A DNA stretch of 64,000 bases, from contig NC_058368.1 of NCBI RefSeq assembly GCF_018350175.1, forward strand, positions 165,790,001 through 165,854,000, given 5' to 3'. This DNA comes from Felis catus (taxonomy: Eukaryota). Both the position numbers and the translations under genes were made by a program. The notes under the pieces are model-generated. The model worked only from the letters and a program-made list of their open reading frames with translations, did no database searches and was not told the DNA's origin. Shown in pieces: positions 1 through 13,784 of this stretch; positions within the stretch are counted from its first letter, which is position 1, and every line of letters begins with the position of its first letter.

Positions 1-2041
1 AAATGGATGGAGAGAATAGTCAAGACTGTGTGTATAAAGAAATGGGCACATCTGACCTGTCCCTGCAAATAGAGGTTCTAATGATTTGATGGGGGCAATA
101 CATGCTAAGTGGTTTCATTTTCAGGGAAAAAAAAACTGTGTCCAGATAGGTTAGGGGTTCTATTCAGCCCATCTGGTCACTTGCATCAGAGCCAGTAAGA
201 GTACAGTTCAAATGAAATGTTATTTAAAAAAAAAAGTAAGTGAATGAATAATAATTCAGTAGATGACACTGAATTTTTGTTGCAATCAAGGAATGTAAAG
301 CACATGCATAAGAATTAATCCTTTAGCTTTAAGGATGCATGGCCACAACTAAACCGACATGGCAGAACAGAGAGTACTAGGGAAACATGACAGTGTGTTC
401 ATATACTTCAGTATGTTATTTATGCTTGTTATGTTAGACACACGCATATATACTTCATCCTTTGCTATATTTATTTAAACCAAGCACTTGAAGAAATAAC
501 TGAAAACATTCCAAACACAGAAGTGTTGTAATACTTCTTCCTGCTTCTTTTTTATATATACTCATTCATCCTGTGGTTCGGCATATAAATATGTGTCACT
601 TACTAGTTAATTAAAATTACTGGATTTGTGTTCCTTGTACTAAATTAAAAAATATATATAGCTTTTGGCTATTGAATCCACCATTTCATTTTCTTTTTTT
701 ATTATGCCTTCGTTGCGCTCACATTTTGCCAACTTCTTGAATTGTATTTAAAATTGAATAGATACTGAGGCTTATTTATTTTATTCTTTTTTTTTTTGTC
801 TTGAGAGTATGAGATAAGTTAAGAAACACACAAACACACACATATACATAAAAAGAAAGAGTTTAGATAAGCTGTGTGTAGTCTAGAAGTTATAGAGAAG
901 GACAGGACTTTGGAGGTTATCTAGAGTTGTCTTTATCCCCCAAAATTATCTTTATCCCCTAAAATTATTTTCTTTTGTGGATTTAGGTGAAAATGAAAAT
1001 GAAAGAAAAAGAACAGTCCTAAATTCTACTTTCAGCTCCCCAACCAACTTGTAACATGATTGTGAGCCGGATCTTAAACGCATTGTGTTTGTGTGTCTTG
1101 CCAAATAAACTACCAGATACTGCTTTGAAGAATGTGTCAAATATAATATTTGTATTCAAAACTTCAAGATTTCTGCTTGGAAATCAGAAAAGCCCAGAAG
1201 ATCTGTATGAAAAGCCACAGGGATGATAATCAAGACCTGAAGTGATTTGGAATGAACAAGTGGAAAGAAACATCATTCTAAGGTTAAACTAAACCAATCA
1301 CGACACTTAAGGAAAATTTCAGTCCTGATCGTATTTCAACAAAGAGAATTTTGATGCTGTTTACAATAAGCATAAATGCATTCAGTAATTGGAAATAAAG
1401 CCCATTAGGGAAATAAATCTGCATTGTTTTTTGGTGCAATTTGATGGGAAAAAAATTGTAACAGTAAGTTGCTGTTCACAGAAACAAAACAATTAAATTT
1501 AACCACTCGCAGAGCAAAATATTATCTATCCAGAAGTGGCAAGAGAGTTTTGCTAAGCCATCTATATATTATTGCCTGAATGTAAAATTTGTGGCTTTAG
1601 CGTGTCTGTGGACAAAGCAAAGAACTCAAATCTAGCTATTATTGAAGATTCAGCATCGGAGAAAAATTCCAAAATTTATTTGTGAATCCATAAGTAATCA
1701 CCTATTTCTCTATATATTTACTTATAAACTATAATTAATTAAAGAAATTGAAGCTTGAAGAAAGAGTGAATTTCTACAGCAAATTATAATGCTTGAATTA
1801 AAATAAAGATTAGAACCAAGAATAATGCTAAATAGGGTATATTTGTAAAGTAAAAATATTAAAACATGTGTACATAGATGATCATACTTAAGATTTATTA
1901 TTCATAACCTAAAAATGCAGCTCTAAGTTTCTTAAAAGCTGGAAGAAAACAGATTGTGCTGCCTTAGATTGAGTTTATAGTACTGTTGAATTTAATTTAC
2001 TGGAGAACAGGAACTGATTCACAGAAATATAAGTAAATTCC

Positions 2042-2112
2042 AAATGAGATATCACCTCACACATGTCAGAATGACTAAAATCAACATAAGAAACAACGGG
2101 TGTTTGGCAACA
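2042..2112 (+). mobile_element. Very short internal LINE-1 ORF2 fragment followed by an A/T-rich tail
   Basis: aaatgagatatcacctcacacatgtcagaatgactaaaatcaac reads MRYHLTHVRMTKIN, the same motif as [14 protein letters not shown] in the L1 ORF at 3197-3445. Confidence 0.75.
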
Positions 2113-2189
2113 ATATTTAATTAAATAAAAATTTAATTAATTTAAATTTAATTTAATTAAAAATAAGAAAAAAAAAACAACAATAAGGA

Positions 2190-2395
2190 GGGGTTCCTGG
2201 TGACTCAGTTGGTGAAGCATCTGACTCTTGATTTTGGCCCAGGTTATGATCTCACGGTTCCTGAGTTTGAGCCCCGCATAGGGCTCTGCAACTGATGGTA
2301 CACAGACTGATTGTGATTCTCATTCTCTCTCTCTCTCTTTACTCTTCCCCTTCAGCATTCTCTCTCTCAAAATAAATAATTAAACTTAAAAAAAA
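2190..2395 (+). mobile_element. Carnivore tRNA-derived SINE (SINEC)
   Basis: GGGGTTCCTGGTGACTCAGTTGG head, CT-rich region, AATAAA and an A tail. Confidence 0.9.
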
Positions 2396-2542
2396 CCCCA
2401 AATACATATAGGTAAATTCCTCCCGCTGTCCCCTTCAGTCTTGAAAACTCCGACAGCCCTTATGTAAAGACTAGGTGAAAACTAAAGAAGTATTATTATG
2501 CGATTGAAACAGAAAGTAGTCAAAATCAATGTGCACATTTTT

Positions 2543-4167
2543 GTTTTTGTTTTTACTTATTTGATTTTTCTATTTTAAAATTTTTTGAGGTATAGAATTT
2601 AGTGATTTGCCACTTACATATTACACCCAGTGCTCATACCCACAAATGTCCTCCTTAACACCCCTCACCCTTTCAGCCCTTCCCCTCCACCCAACACTCC
2701 TCCAGCAACCCTGTTTTTTTCTGTATTTTAGAGTCTCTTTTGGTTTGCCTCCCTCTCTGTTTTTATATTATTTTTGTTTCCCTTCCCTTATGTTCATCTG
2801 TTTTGTATCTTAAATTTCACATATGAGTGAAATCATATGAATTTGTCTTCCTCTGACAAATTTGTCTTCCTTCCTTCCTTATTTCGTTTAGCATAATACA
2901 CTCTAGTTCCATCCATGTATTTGGAAATGGCAAAATTTCATTCCTTTTTTTCACCAAATAATATTTCATTGCATATATATACACCACATCTTCTTTATCA
3001 TTGGTAGATGGACATGTGTGCTCTTTCCATACTTTGGCTATTGTCGATAGTGCTGCTATAAACATGGCGGTGCATGTGCCCCTTCAAATTAGTACTCCTG
3101 TATCTTTTGGATAAATCCTAGTAGTGCAATTTCTGGGTCATAGGATAGTTCTATTTTTAATTTTTTAAGGAACCCCCATACTGTTTTCCAGAGTGGCTAC
3201 ACCAGTTTGCATTCCCACCAGCAGTGTAAAAGGGTCCCTCTTTCTCTGCATCCTTGCCAACATCTGTCTTTGCCTGAGTTGTTAATTTTAGCCATTCTGA
3301 CAGGTGTGAGGTGGTATCTCTTTGTGGTTTTGATTTGGATTTCCCTGATGATGTGTGATATTGAGCATTTTTTCATATGTCTGTTAGCCATCTGGATGTC
3401 TTCTTTGAAAAAGTGTCTATTCATGTCTTTTGCCCATTTCTTCACTGGACTATTTGTTTTTTGGGTGTTGAGTTTGATATGTTCTTTATAGATTTTGGAT
3501 ACTAACCCTTAATCTGATACATCATTTGCAAATACATTCTCCCATTCTATCAGTTGAGTTCTGATATTGCTGATTGTTTCTTTTGCAGTGCAAAAGCTTT
3601 TTATCTTAATGAGGTCCCAATAATTCATTTTTGTTTTTGTTCCCCTTACCTCTGGAGACATGTCAAGTAAGAAGTTGTTGTAGCTGAGGTAAAAAAGGTT
3701 GTTGTCTGTTTTCTGATCTAGGATCTTGATGGCTTCCGGTCTTACGTTCAGGTCTTTCATCCATTTTGAGTTTATTTTTGTGTACAGTGTAAGAAAGTGG
3801 TCCAGGTTCATTCTTCTGCATGTCGCTGTCCAGTTTTCCCAACACCATTTGCTGAAGAGACTTCTTTATTACATTGGATATTCTTTCCTGCTTTGTCAAA
3901 GATTAGTTGGCCATACATTTGTGGGTCCATTTCTGGGTTCTCTATTCTGTTCCATTGATCTATGTATCTGTTCTTGTGGGAGTACCATACTGTCTTGATG
4001 ATTACAGCTTTGTAATATAGCTTAAAGTCCAGAATTGTGATGCCTCCAACTTTGGTCTTCCTTTTCAGGATTGCTTTGGCTATTTGGGATCTTTTCTGGT
4101 TCCAACAAATTTTAGGATTGTTTTTTCTAGCTCTGTGAAGAATGCTGGTGTTATTTTGATAGAGATT
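2543..4167 (-). mobile_element. 5'-truncated carnivore LINE-1 (ORF2 C-terminus plus 3'UTR)
   Basis: ORF fragments [40 protein letters not shown] and MFIAALSTIAK. 15-bp TSD AATGTGCACATTTTT at 2528-2542 and 4168-4182. Confidence 0.95.
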
Positions 4168-4519
4168 AATGTGCACATTTTTTTTAAAACCAAAGTCAAT
4201 AAAGATAAAAAAAACCTTGTGGCTTTATCTAGAAAAGAAAGTGGCTTAGTCATTAGATCCTCATGCCTGATATACGTGGTGTCTTCCATGAAGATATCAC
4301 CATCCAGTTTAGCATTGAGTAAACTTAAAGCATCAAAAATATGTTTGATTGATTCACAAGCCACTACCAAGCACCCCAAATTAAAAGTAAATGCAAAGCC
4401 ATGCTTACTAGTGCTAAGTCATTTTCTCCTTTCATACCCCTTGATCCTTCCTTTCCAGTCTACCTTGACCTCAGCTATTTTAAGGAGAGTAATAACCAGT
4501 GGTGCAGCTGAATCTCCTG

Positions 4520-6330
4520 ACCTCTGAGGGGAACCAAAAGGCCATACACATCTAGCTGAGTATACTAAGGAACTTTGGGGAAGGGATGGACTCAAACTGT
4601 ATAGTTCTGTTGAATACAGACATCAGAGTCACTATTCTGAGTGCTTGCTCTTGTTGGGCAGGGGGGACTCAAATCTAACTAATATATTTGGAGCAAGATT
4701 CAGCAAGGAATGGAAACTGAAGTTACCTTGTGGGTAGGTTCCTTGGGAATGATTTGATGTACTGTTGTGACTTCTGTTGCCTAATTTTGATTAATGTTTT
4801 GCATGGTTGTAATATAAATGTTCATAAAGTTCCAAGGGGTTCCTCCTGATTGGGAATAGCTTCATGTAGAGAAGTACCAATGGGAGGTGTAAATCACTTT
4901 CAAACTACTTCCCTGTCTCTGCTCTGTTGTTCCAACAGGAGCAGTGCAGAATTCCAGAGGGAGAAAGCGAAAACACAGCCTTGATTAAGACTTAAAAGCA
5001 ACAGAAGTAAAAAGAGATGAAATATTTCAATACAACAGCCATGTATGAAAGTAAAAAAAGGCTCATGGGATCTCGAGATTTAGAGTGGATTACTGTCAAC
5101 TAAATTTATTTGCTGCTCCCATAGTCCCAACTGTACCAGAAATTGTGACTGCAACTGAATCCATTGCCCACACTGATGACACTGGGTAAGCTGTCTTAGA
5201 TATTGCTAACAACTCTTTTATACCCTACTGTCATCTGAGCACCAAGACCAATTTGCATGTATGTGTTCAGTCTTCTAATAATGTTTGCAGTAGTTTTCAA
5301 GGTATGTAGAAAATCCTCACTTCCAATTAGCAGTCAGATCATGATTTAATGTGAGTGTCTTTACCTTATGAGATTAAAAAAAAGTTTTCAATGTATAGAG
5401 TATGTCTTGTTGGCTGAAAGGTCAGAAATCTTAGACTCAATAGACCTGAGTGCAGTCTTATTATATATATGCAGATAGTTAAAAATGTATTCAGGCGCCT
5501 GCTTAGCAAGAAAAGTTACTTGGACTACCTAGGGAAATTTACAGTGCTCAATCTCTTCCATAGTGAAGAAAAATCTTGACTCTTCTTTGCTAAAATCACA
5601 GGAAAAAAAAATACAGGACCTTATTGAGTCCTTTGTGTATTGAAGGTTGAATGTGCCTCACTTGTTTATTATAGTTGATTGTTTACATCAGCTAGTACAC
5701 AAATCAGCATATTGTGAGTGGGACCCAAACCAATAGTCTGTGTTAGAAAATATTTAGCAAGCTGAGGCATACCCTCTACCTTCCAGGCAAATAACCTAAC
5801 GATTTAAGCTACAATTCTCTGTGGCTGATGATTTTCCTTATCACAGCCTCAGGCAAAGTGAAGCATATATTTGATGTTCTAAATTCAAAAACTCTTTGTC
5901 ATGGACATATATCTATTTAGAAAAATAGTTATTTGTTTTCTTTGAGGCTCTTGTCAAAACTGAATTTTTATCCTATGGAAGTCTAGTAATTCTCTAGTCT
6001 GATTTTGCCATTTTGAGTTAAGTTGACTTGGATACAGTGATTGATATGGTGTGAAACCTAATATGCATTGCTTGTCAAACAGAAATACTATAGTCAAAAA
6101 CGATGCCCTCAACTTTGGATGAGGTATCTCAACTTTGCCCAAAATAATTTGAGCTATTCTTTTTGGGGAAACATCATCCCACAAATTGTCACTCAAATTA
6201 AAGCTTCTAACTTGAAGGGAACCTTGATTTATCATTTTAAGGAAATTCCAGCAATAGATTATATATCTCTCACATTATTTGATGATCCCTCCAAAATGAG
6301 GCTACCCTCAGTTCCTTGAGGGAACTTCTT
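4520..6330 (+). mobile_element. Heavily decayed ERV-L (class III) internal region: protease, RT and RNase H remnants
   Basis: Hand translation across frameshifts gives colinear ERV-L pol-like motifs: LLNTDIRVTIL (protease, ~4606), CRIPEG..NTALIK (~4945), VDYCQLN (~5085), AVLDIAN (~5190), HQDQFA (~5240), VPHL..LHQLVHKSAYCEWDP (~5650-5725), ALVKTE (~5947) and LVKQKYY (~6071). Confidence 0.8.
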
Positions 6331-6555
6331 ATAGGGATAACTGTCATACTACTTTTATGTTGTCTGTGGTCAGTTACCCTCATAACTAGAGTTATCTAAT
6401 TAGAAAAGTGGTAAATGATAAAATTAGCCCAGAGTTCCTCCTTGCAAGACAAGATATAGTCTAGAATCACTGATACACCTTTCTCTGCCTGATTTAAGCA
6501 GTGGGCCACGTAGAAAGACCTTTACAGAAACTTAAAAATAAGCCATGCGGCTTTA

Positions 6556-6765
6556 AAAATTTTTTTTAACGTTTATTTATTATTGAGAGACAGAGAGACA
6601 CAGAGCATGAGCAGGGGAGGGGCCGCGAGATGGAGAGACAGAATCTGAAGCAAGCTTCAGGCTCTGAGCTGTCAGCACAGAGCCCAACGCTGGGCTCAAA
6701 CTCACAAACTGCGAGATCATGACCTGAGCCCAAGTCAGACACTCAACCGACTGAGCTACCCAGGC
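6556..6765 (-). mobile_element. SINEC
   Basis: Reverse-complement SINE body. Near-TSD ATGCGGCTTT / ATGTGGCTTT. Confidence 0.92.
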
Positions 6766-7059
6766 TATGTGGCTTTTTAAAGTATGCCTTGCAAGTTTAT
6801 GGAATTGTTCAGCTGGCTGAATCCAGATCTTTGCTGGACATGGTTGAGTTCTGTATTGAAAGTTTGTCTTGAATGATTCTTGGAGTCTAGTTTGTAGTAG
6901 CTTTAATTGCATGCTGAATTAGGCAAATTGAATGGATGTGGTCAGCTTCTATGAGTCAGATTCATCAGAGTGACCAAATGTCATACTTGAGGGAAAATGT
7001 TCCAGAAAGCAAGAAAGTTTAGAAATGATATGTGAACATGGTTGGGAGATAATTCTCTA

Positions 7060-7220
7060 TGGTGATACTCTGACTACAGCTGGATCTGTGAATATTAAAG
7101 TCTTTTATCTTTGACCAAGCAGTTTCATGTCTTCTACTAGCATTTATAAAATTTTTTGGCTAACTTGTTGGCTTGGCTTACGAATATGTTAAAATCTCAG
7201 ACTCTTCACAGTACTTGATA
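7060..7220 (+). mobile_element. 3' part of an ERVL-class LTR
   Basis: ATTAAAGTC...TAACTTGTTGGCTTG...AAAATCTCAGACTCTTCACAGTACTTGATA is homologous to the LTR end at 43670-43785. Confidence 0.65.
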
Positions 7221-10200
7221 TAAATGTGTGTTTATGATGTGTGTGTATAAATTTTATTAGAATATTTACATACATATTTATAAGTTTTATATGTATTTTT
7301 AGTCATGTAAAAATTGAGTTTTTAGAGGAATGTAAGAATGAAAACATTAAGAATTCAATCAACATATTGCCACATATTATTAGATAAAAATAGGCAATGA
7401 TCATCCCAATAATCCTGTGATAACATTAAACATTCCTTACGATTACAAAAGATATCAAGTCTAAAAGAGAATCTCCATTAGTTGATAAAAGTAATTTACC
7501 TCAGCCAGTAGTAAATTGTACTTCATTATAAAACACTGAAATCATAATTATAATCGCAGACATAGACCATCTAATAAGCAAGGTAAAATAAATACATAAA
7601 TAAATGATTCAATAGATGAATAAACAAATGCATAGATATATGACCTAATTTTTTTGTACTAAGACTTTATTTTTGGAACAATTTTAGGTTCACAGAAAAA
7701 TGAAAAGGTACAGAAATTTCCCATACTCTCCCTGCCTGCACACATACACATCTTCACCTATTATCAACACCTCTCACCGCAGTAGTACATTTGTTACATT
7801 GATAAACCTACACTGACTGTGTAATCATCCATAGTTTATAGTTTCCCTTAGAGTTCACTGTATATCCTATGGGTATAAAGAAATGTACAATTACATGTAT
7901 CCATCATTATAATATCATGAAGAGTGTTTTACTGACCTAAAATTCCTATGCTTTGCCTATTTATCCACTCTCCCTACCAAACCCTAGCAATTTCTACTTC
8001 CTACTATCTCCATAGTTTGGCCTTTTCAAGAATGTCATATATTTGGATCACACAGTATGTCTCCATGTCTTTTCATGGCTTGATGGCTCATTTCTTTTTA
8101 GCTCTAAATAATATCCCATTTCCTGAATGTACCATATGTTTATTATTTACCTACTTGGTTGCTTACAGGTTTTGAATCATGAATTATAAATTAAGCTGCT
8201 GCAAACATCTATGTGCAAATTTTTGTATGAACAAGTTTTCAAATCTTTAGGGTGCAGTTTCTGGATTCTATGGTAAGAGTATGTTTAGTTTTATGAGAAA
8301 GTACCAAATTTTTAAAAAATGGCTGTGCAATTTTGAATTCCCACAGCGATGAATGTGAGTTCTTGTTGCTGCACATCTTTGACCACATTTGGTATTGGCA
8401 GCGCAGATTTTGGTCACTCTAACAGATGCAAAATGGTATCTCATTATTGTTTTAATTTATACTTCCTGGTGACAAATGAAGTAGAGCATTTTTTCATACG
8501 CTTATTTGATATCTGTATGTTTACTTCATTGAACTGACTGTTAAGGTCTTTAGCTCATTTTTAATCAGGTTGCTTATTTTCTTTTTGTTGAGATTTGAGA
8601 GTTCTTTGTATATTATGGGTAGCAGTACTTCATCAAAATGTCTTTTGCAAATATTTTTTACCTGTCAGTGGCTTGGCTTCTCCTTTGCTTGACACTATCT
8701 TTTACAGGGCAAAAGTTGTTAACTTGAATGGTTTGCTTATTAATTATTTCTTTCATGGATCTTGACTGTGGTGTTGCATCTAAAAAGTCATCTCCATAAG
8801 TAAGGTCACCTAGGTTTTCTACTACGTTATCTTCTGGGAGTTTTATAGTTTTATGTATTATATTTAGGTCTGTGGTCCATTTTGAGGTAATTTTTGTGAA
8901 GCGTTTGTGTCTGTGTTAGATTCTTTTTTTTTTTTAACATACCCATTTGTTAAAAGATTATCTTTTCACCATTGTATTTGCCTTTGCTCCTTTGTTCAAG
9001 ATCAGTGGACTATATTTATGGCCATCTATTTCTGGGCTCCCTATTCTGTTCCATTGATATATATGTCTGTTTTTTTGTTGGTTTTTTTTTGTTTTTTTTT
9101 TTTTACCAGTACCACATTATCTTGATTACTGTAGTAAGTCATGAGGTCAAGTAATGTCAGTCCTCCAACTTTGTTCTCCTTCAATATTGTGATGGGTATT
9201 CTGGGTCTTTGGCCTCTCCAAATAGACCTCAATATCAATTTGTCATTATCTACAAAATAATTCGCTGGGATTTTGATTTGGATTGCACTGAATCTATAGA
9301 TCACATTGGGAAGAACTGATGCCTTTAAAATATTGAGTCTTCCTGCCCAAGAACATGGAATATCTCTCTATTTACTTAGTTCTGTGATTTACTTCATCAG
9401 TATTTTATAGCTGTCCTCATATAGATAGATCTTATTAGATTATATATCTAATTAGATTAGATAATAGATTAGATTATATATTAGATTATATATTAGATTA
9501 GATTATAAATCTTATTAGATTTATACCCACATATTTTATATTAGTGGGTACTAATTTAAATAATACTGTATTTTTAATTTTAAATTTCATTTGTTCATTG
9601 ATGGTACATAAAAAAAACACTGAGTTTTGTATATTAATGTGGTATCCTACAATTTTACTATATAATTCCTTATTAGATCCAGGAATGATTTGGTTGACAC
9701 TTTCAGATTTTCTAAATAGATGATCATGTCACCTACAAACAATGACAGCTTTATTTCTTCCTTCTCAATTTGTATACTTTAATTTCACCTTCTTACCTTA
9801 TTGCATTAGCTTGGGCCTCTTGCATGACGTTGAAAAGTAGTGGTGAAAGGGCCATCTTTGCCTTGTACCTGATCTTCATGAGAAAACTTTGAGTTTCTCA
9901 CAATTTTCATAATTAATAAAGTTGCCTGTATGTTTTTTTATAGATAATCTTTACCAAGCTAAGTAAGTTCCCTTCTATTTCTAGTTTAGTGTAAGTTTTT
10001 TTCAGAAAAGGGGTTCTGGAGTTTATCAAATGCTTTTTCTGTATCTATCAATATGATCATGTAATTTTTATTTTTTAGTCTGCTGATGTGATAGATTACA
10101 TTAATTGATTTTCAAAAGTTGAAACAGCCTTGCATACCTGAGATAAATCCCAAATGATTATGGTATATAATTCTTCTTGTATATTGTTAGATTATATTTG

Positions 10201-10975
10201 GTAATATTTTGTTGAGAATTTTTCATCCATGTTCATGAGATACATTGATCTGTAGCTTTCTTTTCTTGTAATGACTTTTCCTGGTTTTGATATTAGGGTA
10301 AGGCTGGTCTATAAAATGAGTTAGGAAGTAGTCCCTGTGTTTCTATCCTCTGAAAGATATTGTATAGAATTCATATAATTTCTTCTTTAAATATTTGATA
10401 GAATTCACCAGTGAACACATCTGGGCCTGATATTATGTTTTGAAAGATTGTTAATTATTGATTCAATTTCTTCAGTAGATATAGGCCTAGCCAGATTGTC
10501 TATTTCTTTTTGTGTGAGATTTGGCAGATAGTGTCTTTCAAGTAATGTGTCCATTTCATCTAGGTTATCAATTTGTGGGCAGAGAATTGCTCATAGTGTC
10601 CCTTATTGTCTTTATAATATCCATAGAGTCTGTAGTGATATCTCCTCTTTCATTTCTGATATTAGTATTTTGTGTCCCCTCTCTTTTTTCTTTGTTAAGC
10701 TGGCTACAGATTTATTGATTTTATTAATATTTGAAAAGAAGAAGCTTTTGGTTTCACTGATTTTTTTCTACTGATTTCTTATTTTCAGGTTCATCAACTT
10801 ATGTTCTAATTCTTATTACTTATATTTTTTTGCTTATTTTAGATTTAATTTGCTCTTTTCAGTTGCCTAAGGTAGAAATTTTGATTGTTTCTTTCACAAC
10901 TTTCTTCTTTTCTAATACATGTATTCAATGTTGTAATTTCCCTCTAAGTACTACTGCTTTTGATACATTTCACAA

Positions 10976-11205
10976 GTTTTTTTTTTTTTATGGTTATTTA
11001 TTTTTGAGAGAGAGAGACAGAGGGAGAGAGAGAGAGACAGCAGGAGCAGGGGAGGGGCAGAGAGAGAGGGAGACACAGAATGTGAGCACTCTCCAGGCTC
11101 TGAGCTGTCAGCACAGAGCCTGATGAGAGGCTGGAACCCACAAACCATAAGATCATGACCTGAGCCAAAGTCAGATGCTTAACTGACTGAGCCACCCAGG
11201 TGCTC
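10976..11205 (-). mobile_element. SINEC inserted in the old L1
   Basis: SINE body with ACATTTCACAA on both sides as TSD. Confidence 0.92.
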
Positions 11206-11653
11206 CACATTTCACAAATTTTTATAAATTGTGTTTTCATGTTAATTTAATTCAAAATACTTTTTAATTTTATCTTGAGATTTCCTCTCTGACCTGTATG
11301 CTATTTGAAGCATGTTGTTAATCTCCATGTATTCTGGAATTTTCAAGTTAACTTTCTGTTATTGATTTCTGGTAGTTACATTCCATTGTGGTTTGAGAAA
11401 GAAACTATTATATTTATTCTTGTAAATTTGTTAAGATGTGTTTCATAGCCCTGAATGTAATCTGTCTTGGTGGGTGTTCCACGTGACTTTAAGAAGAAGG
11501 TGTATTCTGCTGCTGTTGGATGACATATTCTCTAGACGTCAATTGTATGCTGTTGATTGATATTATTAAGTTCAACAGTCCATACAAATTTTCTGCCTCC
11601 TGTATCTATCTGTTTTTTGACAGAGGGATATAGAAACCTCCAATTATGATAGT

Positions 11654-11657
<4 letters not shown>

Positions 11658-11698
<41 letters not shown>

Positions 11699-11701
11699 TC
11701 T
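11658..11701. repeat. (CT)n microsatellite
   Basis: Read directly. Confidence 0.95.
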
Positions 11702-13784
11702 GCAATTCTTTTAGCTTTTGCTTCACATAGTTTGACACTCTTGTTAGGTGCATACAAATTAAGGATTGTTATGTCTTCTTGGAAGTGACACCCTTATTAT
11801 TATGATGTGTCCTTCTTTATCCTCAATAACTTCCCTTCCTTTGAAGTCTGCTCCGTCTGAAATTAATATAACTACTCCTGCTTTCTTTTGATTAGTGTTA
11901 GCATAGTATGACTTTTAATTGGATTAGCATCCAATCACTTTTAATCTACATTTGTCTTCATATTTAACGTGGTTTTCCTGTAGACAAAATATATTCAGAT
12001 CATGTTTTGATCCACTCTGACAATCAGTGTGTTAACTGATGTGACCACTGACATTTAAAGTGATTCGTGACAGATTTGGATTAATATCTATCATAGCCAT
12101 TAGTGTTTTCTATTTGTTGCTCTTATTCTGTTTCTGTTTTTGTGTGCCACTTGTTTTCTACCTTTTGTCATTTTCATTGAGCATTTTACATGATGCCATT
12201 TTATTTTCTTTCTAAGCAAATCAATTATACCTTTTTTCTTTTTTTACTTTTTTTTAGTAGTTTTTCCTCAATTTGCAATATACAATGCAACTAATCCAAG
12301 TCCACTTTCAAATAACACTATACACTTCACAGGTATGTGAATACCTTATAGTAACAAAATAATCCCAATTATTCTCTCCTCCCTTGTATCTCAGTCTTTT
12401 AGTGAGTCTATGGCTCTGGACTATGAACTTCACAAGCGTGTGTCTGTTTTGTTTTGTTTTGTTTTGTTTTTTTCCTCTGCCCCTTTGATGGAACAATATA
12501 ATATAGTAGGCTGGAGTTTTGTATTTCCCTTCCCCCAGGTCAGTCAGTCTCTAATAATACCCTAGCAGGTTAGGTTCTGGTTTACTAGTTTCCCCAAAGG
12601 CAGGCCTTGTTAAGAAGAACAGTGTGCTCTGTCCTATTGCAAAATGATTTCTTTTTTCTTTTCTCCTGCTGGAAGTTTGCAGGAATTTTTCGTTGCTATT
12701 TACTGCGAGGACCTGCTTTAGCTCTGGATGTACATCTCACAATATTGAGGTTTCCATGAGTTTTTAACTCTCAGACTTGCCCAAACTGCATCGCCGATAA
12801 TTTGTCAGCTCAGGTTTTCCTGCCCTTACACTATTTCCCAGGTTAACCTCCTTCAATAACCTGTGACTTGCTGTATTTGTCTAACTGTCTCTCTAATCTT
12901 AGGGGCAAAAGTTTGCCCTGTGTCCTCCCCTCTCTTACAGATGCAAGAAGAGTTGTTGATTTTTTAGTTTGTTCCGGTTTTTATTTCTTATTAGAATGGA
13001 GTGGTTCATTCCAAGCTCCTTACATGTGAAACATAAATGATTTTTGAATATAATTATAATGATTATTATTTGCACATGATATGATTGCCTATATAATACT
13101 CCATACATTTAATAAGAGAATATATCCATTTTAGAAAAAAAAATGTTTCAAAAAAAAATTTCAAGTATTTATAAAGGAAAGGTTTCTTGAGTAAGAAGTA
13201 AAACCCTTGAACTTTAAATATATATATATATATACACACATACATACACTAGGCTACATTAAAATAAATAGTTTTAGTATATCTAGTAGTACCATAAATA
13301 AAATCAAGAAAATTAGCCCAATGCTGGAATAATACAACTGACACATATATAACCAATAAGGAATTGGTATCTAGAATATAAAAGAATATCTAAAAGTCAT
13401 AAATACATAAATATCTAAAGTAAAATATGGATGCAATAAAACATGAAAATGCAATTAACACAGAAGAAATACAAATGAAAAATAACCATATTAAAAATGC
13501 TTAAATTCACTTATGTTAGGGAAATTCAAACTAAAGACACAATTACTTGGTACTTAAGAATGCAAAATTTTAAAAAGTATGACCATAATAAGGATTAACA
13601 ATACTCTTTTGATGCTGTTAGAGCATAAAACTAGAATCACGAAACTGGAGAAAAAATTAACACAACCTGGTGAATATACAGATACAAGACTTTCTTGGTA
13701 ATTACTATCCTATTTTCACTAATTAATAGTAACATGTGCCCCTGTACATAATTCAACATGAACATGAATATCCAAAATGGCTTT

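Larger units (their letters stand above)
7650..13028 (-). mobile_element. Old, long LINE-1 (L1MC-like 3'UTR, decayed ORF2, 5' region), interrupted by a SINE and a (CT)n tract
   Basis: 3'UTR-type start agactttattttt..ggttcacagaaaa. ORF remnant MIYRFSAIQIKIP...VGGLTLLD (9041-9304). Antisense ORF2-like sequence continues to about 12100. Confidence 0.85.

Noticed and set aside
930..970. 20-bp tandem repeat TCTTTATCCCC.AAAATTA
   Set aside because: Only two copies, a trivial local duplication. Nothing in the window has CRISPR-like repeat-spacer structure.
4084..4527. 147-aa ORF (and an overlapping 99-aa antisense ORF)
   Set aside because: It has a non-ATG start inside antisense L1, crosses the TSD, and shows no recognisable domain.
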